DNA from: Dicyema japonicum
Lineage: Eukaryota; Animalia; Dicyemida
NCBI GenBank assembly: GCA_011109175.1
Contig: RDEW01000036.1
Location: 313,583-377,582 of the forward strand
Reading direction: 5' to 3'
DNA: 64,000 nucleotides
Under the pieces are notes generated by a model that worked only from the letters and a program-made list of their open reading frames with translations, made no database searches and was not told where the DNA came from. The translations under genes were made by a program, and so were the position numbers. This document shows positions 12,659 to 26,109 of this stretch, piece after piece (the stretch's first letter is position 1; the number at the start of each line of letters is the position of its first letter).

Positions 12659-14070
12659 CACAGAGAAGAGAGTGGTGCTCTTAAGAAGAGAGGGCAGCCA
12701 CCGAAAAAAACCAGAAGTAGTCAGGATAACCCTGATTAATGCCCGTTCTCTTCGGAAACGGCCCTCAGTGCTGGTTGCTATAGCCAGCACGATCAAGATG
12801 GAAGTTCTAATTATAAACGAAACTAAATTGAAGCACATGGATTGGATTTAGCATCTGAAATTGATGACGGATACGAAAGAAAAACAAGAAGAATCGGTGA
12901 TTTATTACATTGCTTGTGGAAACTCGCATTGTAATTGGGGCTTTTTACGGAGAAGAGACATACGGTGTCTCATGAGAGTGCCCCGATATAGACGACCCCA
13001 AATTTTGGTTTTTCCTCTTTAGTTAATGGCTTTTACCTTGTTTAGTTAGTTGGGGTTTTGCGAATAAATTATGTTATCTGTTATCTATCGGGACGATTGC
13101 CTCGAAGAAAAACAAAATTGACCAAAAAGGAAAGAATCGAATGGAAAATTATCTCTAAAACGAGAAAATGCCCATAATGGAGAAAGTGAAGTTTCCAAAT
13201 TGGAACGAATAAGAAATTAAAACTGGCTGGAATAGGACATATAATAAGAAACCTTCTAAAAAAGAAACAGTAGAAGCTTCAATACAGAGAAGAGAGGGCA
13301 GCCACCGAAAAAAAAACCAGAAGTAGTCAGGATAACCCTGATTAATGTCCGTTCTCTTTGGAAACGGGCTTCATTGCTGGTTGCTATAGCCAGCACGATC
13401 CAGATGGAAGTTCTAATTATAAACGAAACTAAATTATGGAAGATGCCCCAAGGCTGTTGAAGCTAACATTGCAAAACAAAATTGACCAAAAAAGGAAAGA
13501 ATCGAATAGAAAATTATTTCTAAAACGAGAAAATGCCCATAATGGAGAAAGTGAAGTTTCCAAAACTAGAACGAATAAGAAATTAAAACTGGCTGGAATA
13601 GGACATATAATAAGAAACCTTCTAAAAAAGAAACAGTAGAAGCTTCAACACAGAGAAGAGAGTGGTGCTCTTAAGAAGAGAGGGCAGCCACCGAAAAAAC
13701 CAGAAGTAGTCAGGATAACCCTGATTAATTCCCGTTCTCTTCGGAAACGGGCCTCAGTGCTGGTTGCTATAGCCAGCACGATCCAGATGGAAGTTCTAAT
13801 TATAAACGAAACTAAATGGATTGGATTTTAGCATCTGAAATTGATGACGAATACGAAAGAAAAACGAGAAGAATCGGTGATTTATTACATTGCTTGTGGA
13901 AACTCGCATTGTAATTGGGGCTTTTTACGGAGAAGAGACATACGGTGTCTCATGAGAGTGCCCCGATATAGACGACCCCAAATCTTGGCTTTCCTCTTTA
14001 GTTAATGGCTCTTACCTTGTTTAGTTAGTTGGGGTTTTGCGAATAAATCATGTTATCTGGGACGATTGCC
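12659..14070 (+). mobile_element. Three rearranged tandem copies of the LINE derivative at 5055-6310
   Basis: Near-identical blocks (VVRITLINARSL...NETKL and the 3' end) with different junctions. Confidence 0.85.
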
Positions 14071-14224
14071 ATTTTGTTTGATTGGCTGTTTAAATCGGTA
14101 CATTTAAAATCGATATTTAACGGCTCGTATTCAACCGTATCTCATTTTGAACCGGTCACATTAATTATTCTAGAATCGATTTTTAATTTGATTTGCATTT
14201 AATTTATAAGTTCAGGTCAAATCA

Positions 14225-14460
14225 TAATTCCAAACAAGCAGAGGATCAGAAGAAAAGGAAGTACCGAAGCATTTCGGAGGATTACTTGTTTCTCCTATTT
14301 GTTGTTGAGAGGTCAGAAATCCTTGGTTCACAAGCGAACAATGTAGTCCCTATGATCGGGTCAATGATCCATAGGTCACCAAGGAACCAAATAAGACTGG
14401 ATAACTTTGAGAGCGTATCTCGATAGCCATTATCAGATGATACAGCCTAGCCATTAAAGC
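14225..14460 (+). mobile_element. CRE-like 3' fragment
   Basis: AEDQKKRKYRSISEDYLF...SEILGSQA matches the C-terminus of 44794-45591. Confidence 0.7.
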
Positions 14461-16514
14461 TCTCTAAATTAAGTCCTCTTTTGACTGTTTAATATAAAAA
14501 GTTGAAGGTTAATTATTCAAGTAAACTTACAAGTAAGGAAATTAGTCGATTTGGGACAATTAACAGATATTTCAAGGACATGTATAAAAACCAATAATTA
14601 TCTACATAAATCAAGTTTGACTCGTAAAATCGTCGAAATTAGTTGATTTGGGACAATTAACAGATATTTCAAGGACATGTATAAAAACCAATAATTATCT
14701 ACATAAATCAAGTTTGACTCGTAAAATCGTCTAAACATGAGGCCAGTTGACTACTAGTTGAGCTGAAGTTGGTCGGAAACTGAGGTGGTGACGTTACTCT
14801 AGTACATTCAACATCTTGTCTCCTCATTACCTCCATCCCACTTCCTACTGAAGTCGGAGACCCTGTTTTTCTATCAGGAAGCATCGGATGCAGCGAGCCA
14901 TACATTCCCAGGACATAACCGACGAATTAAACTTAACATGGGATCTACCGCTCTCTTAGAAGGTTCTACCTGTGATACCCCTCAATCTATTTAAACGATA
15001 TTATGACGTAATTCCAACCTCAATAAGTTATTTTGTTTGAGAAATATGTCGAGTAGTTTTGAGATTACACAACAAACTTGATTCCGTCACATAAAGGACA
15101 TTAATGGCGTTTATAATTTTGTCACTTCACAATATCCTTGTCTAACATTCTCGTTAAACTCAAAGATGGCATATCCGATGATTACAGGGGCACGACAGAT
15201 AACTACTGCCAAAATTAACAGTTTCTAAGTATTATCATTCCATACGAGTTTTCTATCTAACTTGGAGAATTTCCCTCTTATTTATACGATCAGTTGAAAT
15301 CACTTGGTCTACACTCAATTAGCAAACTCCTTATTCTGTCGCGTAGTAGGTTGAATGATCCGACTCTGTGTGTACATCAGCTTGTGAAGTCGTCATAAAT
15401 GGAAAGACAAACTAAATATTTGGTCCCCGGAGTTGAGTATTAACTTCACCTCAATCAAAGCCACGAACCCTATGAACTACCACAAATTACAGAAAATATG
15501 AAAAAATATGCAAATTGTTCAAAGTTGATTTATATGCAAAATTGTTCAAAGTTAGGGCTAATTCACTAGTAAATGACAAATAAGACAGATACATTAAAGT
15601 TCCATTAGTGCTTAGTTTCAATTAGTCAATTCTGGATCTAATAGATGTCATATAAATATAATAATGAATTGACTGAAAGCACAGCTACCATTAAAATTGT
15701 CTTTTATCTCACTACACGACGTTACTCGTATCTCACAGTTTTTTCCCTTTCAACCACGGAACGACGCTTTTGATTTCGGGGGTGATTTGTGGACTCAAAG
15801 TCAAAAAATGTAAAATTAGATAACAGGGCAACCATGAAGGCAAAATGATTGTCGATTCTCTTGACATTGATATGATTGTTTGCGCTGCATTTAAAATCAA
15901 TTTTCGTATTTAGTCTCGAGTTCCTCCGAATAGATAACAGGGCAACCATGAAGGCAAAATGATTGTCGATTCTCTTGACATTGATATGATTGTTTGCGCT
16001 GCATTTAAAATCAATTTTCGTATTTAGTCTCGAGTTCCTCCGAATCCATCCATCGAATTATGGAGTCAAGAGCACAATATGAGGTATTCCATACCATTTC
16101 CCCCCAGTCTTTATAATGTTTGCGGTTATACTGATTCACAGCTTTAAGCATGTTCGCATAGTTCATTACTTGTCGATGAACTCATTTGATTTATTTTAAA
16201 GTCGTGAGACACTAAATATCACATGGGATCTTAGTTGGCCTTTAACACCGGCAAAATAGGAGACCACGCTACTTACTCATGCTACTTAGTCACTTTAGTT
16301 TGGCCTTTAGCCCCGGCAAAATAGGAGACCACGTTACTTGGTCATGCTACTTAGTCACTTTAGTTTGGGCATCAGCACTGGCTACGCACTTAAGTCTTGT
16401 CAACACGCTGGTTGATCGTTGTAGGACTGTGACAAGTTTGGAAGATATTCTAATTTCCAAAGCTATGCCTTTCCGTAGATTTATTATGAATACATAATTT
16501 TAAAAATACTTTAG

Positions 16515-17531
16515 ACTATTTTGCCATGCCAGATATGCAGAAACTGCAGTTCTTTCAGCTCGGATCAGAATAATCCTCGCATCTGCGTTTCTTGTGATCA
16601 TTTTTTATTTAGTCACGGTATTCCCCCAATATTATTTCTAGTAAATTTTGAAGGTTGTCACCCTTTGGTGACCTGTTCTGTAACATTCGACTTTATTTTA
16701 ATAAATAACAGTAAAATCCCGCCTAATCTGTTGCCTTTTTGCCGATTCATGGCACTGCTATACAGACATGACCAACTATTGGAGAGGATCTCCAGATTTG
16801 GGTGGACGAGTGAAATGATGATTCGAAGTTTCGAGGTAAAGTACAATTTTGGATTCTAGAATGTTCCAAATTCCCTCCCATCTACGATATCACCCGAAGA
16901 GGAGAAACTGATTTTGGAGAAGATTGAGTCCATCAACTTAGCTAACTACGTCGAGAACATTCGAAATAATTGCCACAACCAAACAATCTTGAATATTCAG
17001 AATTTCAGAAATATTTTACTGAGTCTGACTTGCCAATATTACAATTTGTTCAACTTGGATGTTCAAAACAAAAATTTTATCATTTTGGACCAAAACCTGT
17101 CCAATTTAAGAAGTTTCCTGCCAAACAGCGTGGAACCTCAGAAATTTCCCCATTCTGTTCCGGAAAACAACAATTTTCAGATTCAGACCCAAAATATGTC
17201 CAATAACACTGCATATTCAGCAGATTTGGTTCAAATGGAAAAAATAAGCAAAAATTACTATGGCGGAATCATCGAAGAGTTCGGAAAGAAGAGAATTGTC
17301 TGCAAAGGTTGTGAAAAGACATTCTGTGATAGAGGAGCCTTAAAAATCCACGTGAGTGCGATTCATCTGCATGAAAATCATTTTTGTACAGTTCCTGGAT
17401 GCAACATGAGTTTCTCTTCCAGAAGAAGTCGAAATCGCCACAGTTCTAACCCAAACCCTAGATTGCACAATTCTTCCCGATATTCTCGCCAAAGAACCCA
17501 AAACAAACTAAAATTGGATGATAATTTATAA
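16515..17531 (+). CDS. Basonuclin/disconnected-family C2H2 zinc-finger transcription factor (start codon unresolved)
   Basis: N-terminal basonuclin domain ([10 protein letters not shown]...[13 protein letters not shown]; FGWT; SPEEEKLIL) and the diagnostic finger pair [23 protein letters not shown]...[28 protein letters not shown]. Introns 16618-16641 and 16836-16859. Confidence 0.92.
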
Positions 17532-17677
17532 TAATTTTTCATTTAAATGAATAAGCCCATCGTTAAACCATAACATTTTATTTAATATTTCTGACGGAGA
17601 TTGTTAGCTGGTTGTGCGATTCACAAACATGCAGAGTCTTTGACTTTCAGTATGTCTGGTTTGAAGACGATGGGTTT

Positions 17678-17815
17678 CCCGATTTACTTACGATGTCCCC
17701 ATTTGGGAATGACAAAGTATATGAGGCCCGATTGACCTACGATGTCCCCTTTTGGGAATGACAAAGAGTAAGAGACCCGATTGACTGCCGGTGTCCCCAT
17801 TGAAGAATGGCAGAA
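17678..17815. repeat. ~50-bp tandem repeat, 3 diverged units
   Basis: CCCGATTGACCTACGATGTCCCC-TTTGGGAATGACAAAG repeated. Confidence 0.75.
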
Positions 17816-19199
17816 TGTAGGTGGTCGTGATGGAATAAAATCCATTGGAAACTAAAAATGGTATTATTAGAACTTCACGAAAGCCATTTATTGAAATCGA
17901 ATTTAAAAATCAATCTCTTCCACACCTCTATTATCTAGGGTTCTTAGTGTGTCCAGGACGTCAGCGAATTTTTATTCTCATTTTACGATTTTAAGTCCTT
18001 TTGTAAAACGAATCTCAAAGTTATCCTAGACCTTCCACGGAAACGACCCTCTTGGCGAAAGAGTAGTCTTCCATTGATCCGTTAGGTCAACTCCATCTTC
18101 AGGATGTGCCAGCGATATTCTATCATCTTACATCCCCATTTCTTGTAGATTCCTTTGTATGAGATCCTGATGAGAGAACCGATCATCAAGCTTAATCATT
18201 CATTAACATAAATTAAAAATGTGTTTAATCATTTCTTGTAGATTCCTTTGTATGAGATCCTGATGAGAGAGCCGATCATCAAGCTTAATCATTCATTAAC
18301 ATAAATTAAAAATGTGTTTAATTACTACACTAAAAGTTGTGTATTAGTAATTCATCCTGACAATTTTATAATCTAAGACCATATATTGATTGATCGGATA
18401 ACAGTGTCATTTTGGAGATTGACTGGGAGTAAATTGGCTAAGCGATAAGGCAATGTCCAAAAATGAGCTCGGGGAGGACCAGAGGGACAGTAAAACCCGT
18501 GTTATTAGAATATCAAGTATGTATTGAAATCGCGATAATTTTACCTATTGAGCATTTTCGTTGGAAGCTTCAGGTTAAAGGTGGCAGATAAGTTGCCAAT
18601 AGGAAATCAGTCTGTAACGCTCAGGTGTATATAGCGACTGCATTTTAAATGCATCTGATAGGTCTTTCTATCTTCGTGCAAAATAAGTCGAAAGTGTGGA
18701 CCAGTTGGTATAGGAGACTGACTTCAATAGAACGTTTAGCTCCAGGGGGTCTTCATTATTGCCAATCAAGTACGTAAAATTGAAGAAGTTGGCGAGGATT
18801 AATTCTCTCTAAAAGTCTATCGTTCCATCACTGTGAACGTCCTTTTCTGAGTAGCTTCTTATATAACAAGCTGTTCTTATTACCACAGAGTCCTCCTACT
18901 ATTAGTAGCTTCAAGGTGTCATTGAAATAAATAATTAAATATTATTTTTGTTTAATAATTTTTCCTGTTCACTCAGTCGTCACATGTGCTTCTCATGGCA
19001 CATCAAAAATGCTCTGACAAAATGTGAGGTCGACCTACTTAAAAGCCTCTCAGAGATATGGAAGATCTCAACACCCTATCTTAGAAAGTTATAAATACAG
19101 TATATCGAGGATTGTAATTCTTACTCGTGGGCTTAGTGAGATCCATTCATCTCATGGACAAATGTCGAGAAAATAACAGTTATCCAAAAAAGGACGCAG

Positions 19200-19520
19200 T
19201 AAATGAGTAGTCGATCATTGGAGAGAACCACTGTTTTTACTAGGGACCGGAGCTTTTCGATTCGAGAGAACTGAAAGTAAAAATGATCGAGGTAGTATTT
19301 TCATGATAGTAATATGAACATCAATTGATCCATTTCGGATGCGATTTACTATGCAGTCTCCCAAATGTAAAATTTACGGAATTTCGAGACTTGAGGTCGA
19401 CAAAATTGTTATAAAGTGTTTCCACTGTCAGTCGAAAAAGCTAATGGCTACTAAGCCCGCGATTGAACCTATCCTTGCCGGAAAACCTCGAGATGCTGAA
19501 AAAACGAAAATTATTCATGG
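19200..19520 (+). mobile_element. Integrase Zn-binding domain relic (Ginger/SCAND3 type)
   Basis: IYGISRLEVDKIVIKCFHCQSKK...IEPILAGKPRD. Confidence 0.6.
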
Positions 19521-20034
19521 GTAACTGAATGAATGAGTTATTTCCATATTATGTAAGATGTTATTTTATAGAGTTTTTTTAATGTTGATCGCCAAAAATA
19601 AAAAATTGTCTTGTGTTTGTTCTATTGTTTTATTTTAATAAAAATAATCAAATGGAAAAATAATTTTTCGATATAATTAATTTAAATTTTTGATTTTGGA
19701 TTTAAACTAAATCAGGGAATAATTTTCACTTACTTATAGAAAAAGAACCTTAAAGTATTAGTTTAGTTCTTCAGTTAGTTGAAAAAGCACTTCCACATTT
19801 TCCATAAGCATATGAATACGTGGCTTTCGCTTTACATTACTCCATACTATTTTTTCAGCTAGTTTTAAGTATTTATCATCTGCGCCTTAACACAAATGTT
19901 GAACATTATGGTAAAGTTATTAGACACTTTGACAAATTTATTTAACTATTACACGTCTAAAAACCATGTTAATTGTGTGAATTTAATTAAATTATTTTTT
20001 TATTTTATTTATTAATAAAATTAGAATTATTTAT

Positions 20035-20850
20035 ATGACTGTAATTTATTGTTTCATGTTGTACTTATCATTTTACATTTTGACAACACAGAAAAATTGC
20101 CAAAACGAAGTAATGGATCGTGGTTCTCTGTATAAAACAATGATTATTAAGAACTGGAATGAATGTCAATTTTCTGGCGTATACTCTGATTCTCAAATAT
20201 ATGAATTAAGAGTTCATTACATTAAATTTCAACATGATGTCAATTTTTCAGTTATGGGAATGAATTTACACAATGTGCATTAAATATTAATTTTTCATAG
20301 TAACTGTCAGAATCATGAGTTTAAAATCTGTAAACAAACAAATCTTAAAATCCCATCTAGCATTTACGACTTGCTGTATTTATTTTTATAGTATAGACTT
20401 TTGCAAGTATGTAATTCCTTCACATTCATAACAATCGATTTTGCTGAACATTTATCATTACTCGAATCTGTGTACATTTTTTTGTAATTTACGTAGCATC
20501 TTTCCTCAAAGAATAAATGTTATTCAAATTTTTAGAATTGGTTCTAATTTTGTTGAATTGCATAAGTATGTTAATAATATAGTGTTATCGTGTGCAGGAA
20601 TCCATTTGATAATCCAGAGGCGTATGATATCATATTTAGTATAGACATATGGCACAACCTCGTCATTCAATACATATTGAAGATAATCACTTGTAGATGT
20701 TCGAATGTAATACATTTAGAGTGGGCAACAAGGCGATGGAAGAAACACGTAATTAATAATGTATTTCAGACTGCAGTGCCATTAGGGACAAGAACAATGT
20801 AGTTGGCATTTGCGGAGTTTTTACAACATTTAAACTAACCTGATAGGTTA
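20035..20850 (+). pseudogene. Degenerate gene for a secreted cysteine-rich (possibly kringle-like) protein
   Basis: Hydrophobic N-terminus, several short GT-AG segments and a CRNPFDNPE motif; no clean full splice path found. Confidence 0.35.
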
Positions 20851-21779
20851 TTTTTAGGGATATAAATTGGTGTTAATTAATTGAAATCGTGATTTAAATA
20901 ATATCCTGATTCGCTCTCTTGCCTCGGAAAGAATAATATCATTTCAAAATCGATGAAGGAATTAATCGAATGATTGGTGTTAAAAAAACGTACAGTTTTC
21001 CACAGATTTATGGAGACGTGAGCATTATCACAATTCATATAGGGACTTTAATCACAAACTTTGCTCACACATGCTTACTGTCAAAAGGAAGATTAATATT
21101 TTAAAACAGTTGAGAACGATGATGGGACTATTGAGTCTATTAGGAACATCTTCATTTCACTGCGAATCTACAATATAATCCAAAATAGACCCATCTTAAC
21201 ACAAAAGTTCATACAACTCCTTGTGGAAGATTCCGAAAGGATCGAAAGATCAAAGCACACACAAAGAAGTTTATCTTCCCTACCGATAAAGATCACCGTA
21301 AAAGGAAGCACTTGGGGCTCCAGACATTATTGGTTTTATCAATTAAATATCCACGATCTTTTACTTCATCTTGGCAATTTTTCTGTGTTATCAGAACGTA
21401 AAATGAGAAGTTCAAGATGATAAAAGTGAACAGCTATAAGATTAAACATCAAAATAATGAATTTACATGTAACCACAAGAAATTAGCAGTCGTCTTAAAT
21501 AATATTAATTTTATTAATAAATAAAATTAAAAAATAATTTAATTAAATTTACACAATTAACATGGTTTTCCGACGTTTTCAAAAATTTTCCATAAAGTTA
21601 AATAAATATGTCAAAGTATCTTATAACTTTGCCATAATGTCTAATAACTTTGTCAAAATGTTTAACAATTGTGTCAAAAGTTTATCACTTTTTGAATAAT
21701 GTTTAATTACAAATCAATTTGCGCAAAAATCAATTTTACATGAATTCTGAAGATAGGCTATAACTTTGCTAGACGAGGA

Positions 21780-22620
21780 CAGTTTAATGATGATACGGGT
21801 TCTACTTTCAAAAACAGAATTGAAAGTCTGGGTTGACTCTGAGTGCTCTCGCAAAATTAATATGTCAATTGCTCTTCAGAAGGTAACTCACTCAGTTGAA
21901 CAATTCTCTTGTTCAACTGAAGCTTCTTCGTGATTTGAGAATTTGTCCTACTTCTATCGAGGAATTAATATATGCGGATGACCTGGATTTTGTTTTCGAG
22001 GTATCAATAATTTCAGAACTGCTCTTATTCATGCTCATATGGTGTTTGGAGAGTGATTCCTTAAAATAAACGAACAAAAATCGAGGTTGATACAATCAAA
22101 TGGGAAAGCAACTCACCGATGAGATTTGAAGGTGAGCAAATAAAGTCCGGTCTTTGTTAGCGACCTGAAGGAAGTTCAACAATTACACGTCTGAGATTCG
22201 CGCATGTCAAGACAAGTAAAAGTACGACTATGTAGTGAATTCTTCCAACTCATACTGCTCTACATCTCGGGTACGTGGGGACTAACTCGAACATGTGTTG
22301 ATAATTTGATTGCTTTTGACAGAAAACAACTACTGACTCCACTAGGAATACACTACCAAATCGTGATAAAAAACCTGGATAAAATGATTACTAAGCTCCG
22401 ATGGGGATTATTTCGGCATATAATACGGATAAATCATGTCGTTCCTGCATACGATATTTTGGAATCATTATCCTCTGTTCAGGGCTTTTTAGAAGGAAGT
22501 CAGGAAACAAATTTGACATCAATAATGAACATCGATCTAAAATATTCTAATGGACGCAGAGATCTAAACAATTTCCGAAAAATCGCTATCTCGCTAAGAA
22601 TGTGGTTGTGTCCAACAGTC
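21780..22620 (+). mobile_element. RTE LINE RT and C-terminal relic
   Basis: IYADDLDF near 21970; TWGLT...AFDRKQL; LRWGLFRHIIR. Confidence 0.7.
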
Positions 22621-22839
22621 TCAAAGGTAATTTGGCCCGCATTTTATCGAACTACACCTTCAGGCCTTCCGGATAGATAACTTTGGATCTATCAACCTCA
22701 ATGAGATTATAGTTCAAGCTCGCATATACTCCAAGCTCGAGATTATACTCCAAGTCGTCATCAACGTCAATCACACCCAATTAATGCTGAAACGCGAGCT
22801 CTAAAAAAAACGAGAAATAATCTGAAGAACCTCTAAAGA

Positions 22840-23310
22840 CAATATGTGGAAGTAACTGAAAGAATATCAAAACCAAATAAAGAAATCACGCGGAACATAA
22901 CAAAACACAACAAAGAACGTTGGCAATCCATGCTCAGAAAAGCTAGGAATAATACTTTCTTCACTGTATTATGGAAATCGATAAGGATGCACAAGAAATG
23001 CTCTCCACATTTAAATGGACATGGAGAGCCATGACATTGTGAAGTACTATGTTCCATTAAAATCGAAGCTAGCCAAAAAAGGGCTTCAAAAATTACGAAA
23101 CAATGGACTTCTGGAAAGTCCCAGTCTTCATTACTATAATCTTTAAGAACCGAGGCACGTGCCGTTCGACTACGAAGATTCAGTTATACTGCCGATACGC
23201 ACTTACATGGGTTCGAAGAAGAAACCTCCTGCTGAAGTCTCTCTTGGGACGTGTAGGGATCACGTGATTAGTTAGTTTGGTGTTACCGTGGTCTTTGAAA
23301 TTTTTTATTT
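22840..23310 (+). mobile_element. Condensed I/Jockey-group LINE relic with 3' end
   Basis: Ends ...GRVGIT* then TTAGTTAGTTTGGTGTTACCGTGGTCTT, as in the other copies. Confidence 0.55.
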
Positions 23311-24159
23311 CATTATTTATGACACTCTGTCTCCCACATGTTAGTGAGGTTGGGAAACGAACAAGGAGGCAACTGAAAAGGTTATAACTGTTGTTAGAAA
23401 ATATCGTGGCGAATTTTCCAACACATTTGTAACTACAAAAAACATAGAATCTTTTGTCTAGGTGTCACTATCGAATTTGATTTTCCCTTCATAAGTTTGA
23501 CATTACATGCTTACAAGACTTTTCTGGGTATTTTCCTTCACTACTACTACCAAAAAATTTAAAAAAATTTACGTAAAAAGAAACTTGAAAGAAGCTGCTT
23601 TTCAGTTTTTTCTGGGTATTTTCCTTCACTACTACTACCAAAAAATTTAAAAAAAATTACGTAAAAAGAAACTTGAAAGAAGCTGCTTTTCAGTTTTACT
23701 TGCATTTATTATACCACATAGATTGTCAAGAAATAAATGTGTAAAAAACTAGCTATTAAGTGACCCCAGCATCCAATAAGGATCAAATTCTCTCCATATG
23801 ATCCGTTAAGAATTCTAAGGTATTTCGGAAGTATCTTCGCTAGTATATATGTATTACTTGATAAGAGTACTGTATCTTTACGATACTTAGTCTGTCTATT
23901 GAAGATACGAGCTGAGAAAGTAGTATGGAATAAGGTAAAGCGTAACCCAAAGTATTCATATGCTTATGGGAAATGTGGAAGTTCTTTTAACTAACTGAAT
24001 AACTAAACTAATACTTTAAGGTTCTTTCTCAATAATTAAGTGAAAATTAAGCAAGATACTTGAGATCAAAATATCAGAACTTAAAATTGTATTATATATA
24101 AGAAAATTATATATTCAATTTAATTATTTTTATTTAAATAAATCAATTTCACAACAAAC

Positions 24160-24530
24160 AGAAGATTGACAAACTCCGCTACATGTGTAACCATTAAAAG
24201 AAACTCAATCCCCACGACTAACTCGGTCAAGATACTGGGTGTAACTTACGACCCACTCTTGACCTTCACCAAACACATCGACAACGTCATCTCTTAGGCT
24301 CAACGAAAGCTAAATTTTGTTAAAACACTCCTTGGACAATATAAGGGCTGTTTCAACTCAAATTTGGACTCGCTCTAAGTGCACTATATTCAACCGTCAC
24401 TAACTTACGGGTATGCTGCATGGGGAACCAACCTATCAAACAGGAATATAGAAAAAAAATCAATACCTTCTAAAAAATGGCCAGTAAGGCTTTGCAAAGG
24501 TTTTCTTGGACACTTATAAACCCTACAGCT
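24160..24530 (+). mobile_element. I/Jockey-group RT thumb fragment
   Basis: VKILGVTYDPLLTFTKHIDNV...YIQPSLTYGYAAWG. Confidence 0.7.
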
Positions 24531-24639
24531 TTTAAGGAATAAGTGAGGAAAACCGTAGCCTTACTACCCTCCAAAAAAGTCTATTTAATTAGTTTGAATT
24601 TTTTTAATTTCTTTTTTGATTAATTTCAAATTCGTTATT

Positions 24640-25190
24640 TATTTTATTTATTTAACCCCAGTACCACCAGGAAAGATAGGTCAAAACTAACTAATTAGGT
24701 GATCCCAGCCTCCAACAACATCCAAACTCTCTTCATTTGGTNTAATTAGTTTGAATTTTTTAAATTTCTTTTTTGATTAATTTCAAATTCGTTATTTATT
24801 TTATTTATTTAACTCCAGTACCACCAGGAAAGATAGGTCAAAACTAACTAATTAGGTGATCCCAGCCTCCAACAACATCCAAACTCACTTCATTTTGTCT
24901 TCTGATGAACCAACCACACTCTGGAAAGGTCTTCTCTTTTTTTTGCAAAGGCAATTTATTACCGACCGAAATTCCTCTGCATGGTTCAGCTTTTAATTGA
25001 GTGGGTTTCCCAGTTCCTTCAGAAACGTAGGAAACCCTGGCCATTTTTCAACGTTGCCTCATCAGAAACGAGGTCGCCAATGGGGATGTCCGTGTGGTGC
25101 ATAATTCTCCGCCTAAGAAATTTCAAACGGTCCACCCTCGAAGGGGGAATCGCAAACCTCAGGCAGAGTAGGCATATTCAATGGTAAGCA
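24640..25190 (-). mobile_element. LINE 3' end (ORF2 ends LLEAGIT*, TAAA-rich tail), end duplicated across an N
   Basis: Same terminal architecture as 28390-28745. Confidence 0.6.
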
Positions 25191-26109
25191 CGACGATATT
25201 CTGTGCTGCTCGTAGTATAATAGCAAATTAATAAAGGAACCTTCCAGAATTTGTCATTTTTTCTTAAATGTACTCAGATTCCTTAATTTTATCCAAGGCA
25301 GGATTCCACATCATAACCATGGATTAAGTCCATTAATCCGTCAGTTCATATATCCTTTAAAAAATTGGATGATAAATCACCACTCCTCTTGAGTAGATGA
25401 AGTTCAGTCACGTTAAGTTACTAGTTTTCCCGCTTAAAAAACCAAATATTGTAATCTTATTTATTTAACCCCTAGCCTACAATATTTGTTAAGCACAGCT
25501 CAATCATAACTAATTAATCCAAGCGATTCTAGAACTCGTCACCATGGAACGAAATGTTGTTCCAGTGGAATTAATAGATGAATCCGTTTTAATGCCGGCC
25601 AAGGACTGGGTGTCTCTTGAGTAAGGTGGATCCAATGACGCCACCCGAGAAAAAAAAGACAAATATTCAATCAATTGGCCACATTGAAAAACATGGCACC
25701 ACAAGGTCGTAAATAATTTTTTCAACATTGATTTCTAATGAATTATTACAATTTATTTTGATTATTATTTTTAAATTATTCGAATTTTTTAAAAATTTAT
25801 TTTTCTCATAATTATAGCTTGTGTAGAAAAGAAGATACCTTTAGTGGGCTATAATGGTGGCTCTCTACCACCTTGAAAAAAGACACTTTGTTTCGGGACT
25901 ACCACAAGCATGGCCAGAGAGGACTACTTTTTTCTGGATGCTCTGCTGTTTCCCAGTTAACCTAGGATAACCACACCAACCGTCCTTGAAGAAGACACTA
26001 AAGAATCGGGAGACGCCAGGACCTACAAGACATGACAAGGACTCTTTAAAAATGGAAGAAGTTCGGAATTTGTTACTCCTAAAGGTAGTTTAACCCAACA
26101 TTGTTAAAG

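Larger units (their letters stand above)
12063..14160 (+). mobile_element. Ginger-like TIR DNA transposon (TGT...ACA ends, 5-bp TTAAT TSD) with nested LINE pieces
   Basis: Left end TGTGACCGGTTGAATACGAGC...GTTGAATACGAGCCGTTAAA; right end TTTAACGGCTCGTATTCAAC...AACCGGTCACA. TTAAT at 12058-62 and 14161-65. Internal ORF YLRYQILPSNLQKEKRNFIRTASLFRLKD resembles an integrase N-terminus. Confidence 0.75.

Noticed and set aside
19640-24145. Long inverted repeat 19640-19860 / 23910-24145 as TIRs of a 4.5-kb transposon
   Set aside because: The sequence encodes a LINE-like KVKRNPKYSYAY motif and recurs partly at ~49090 and ~52775, so these are two opposite-strand relics of a dispersed family; no TSD.
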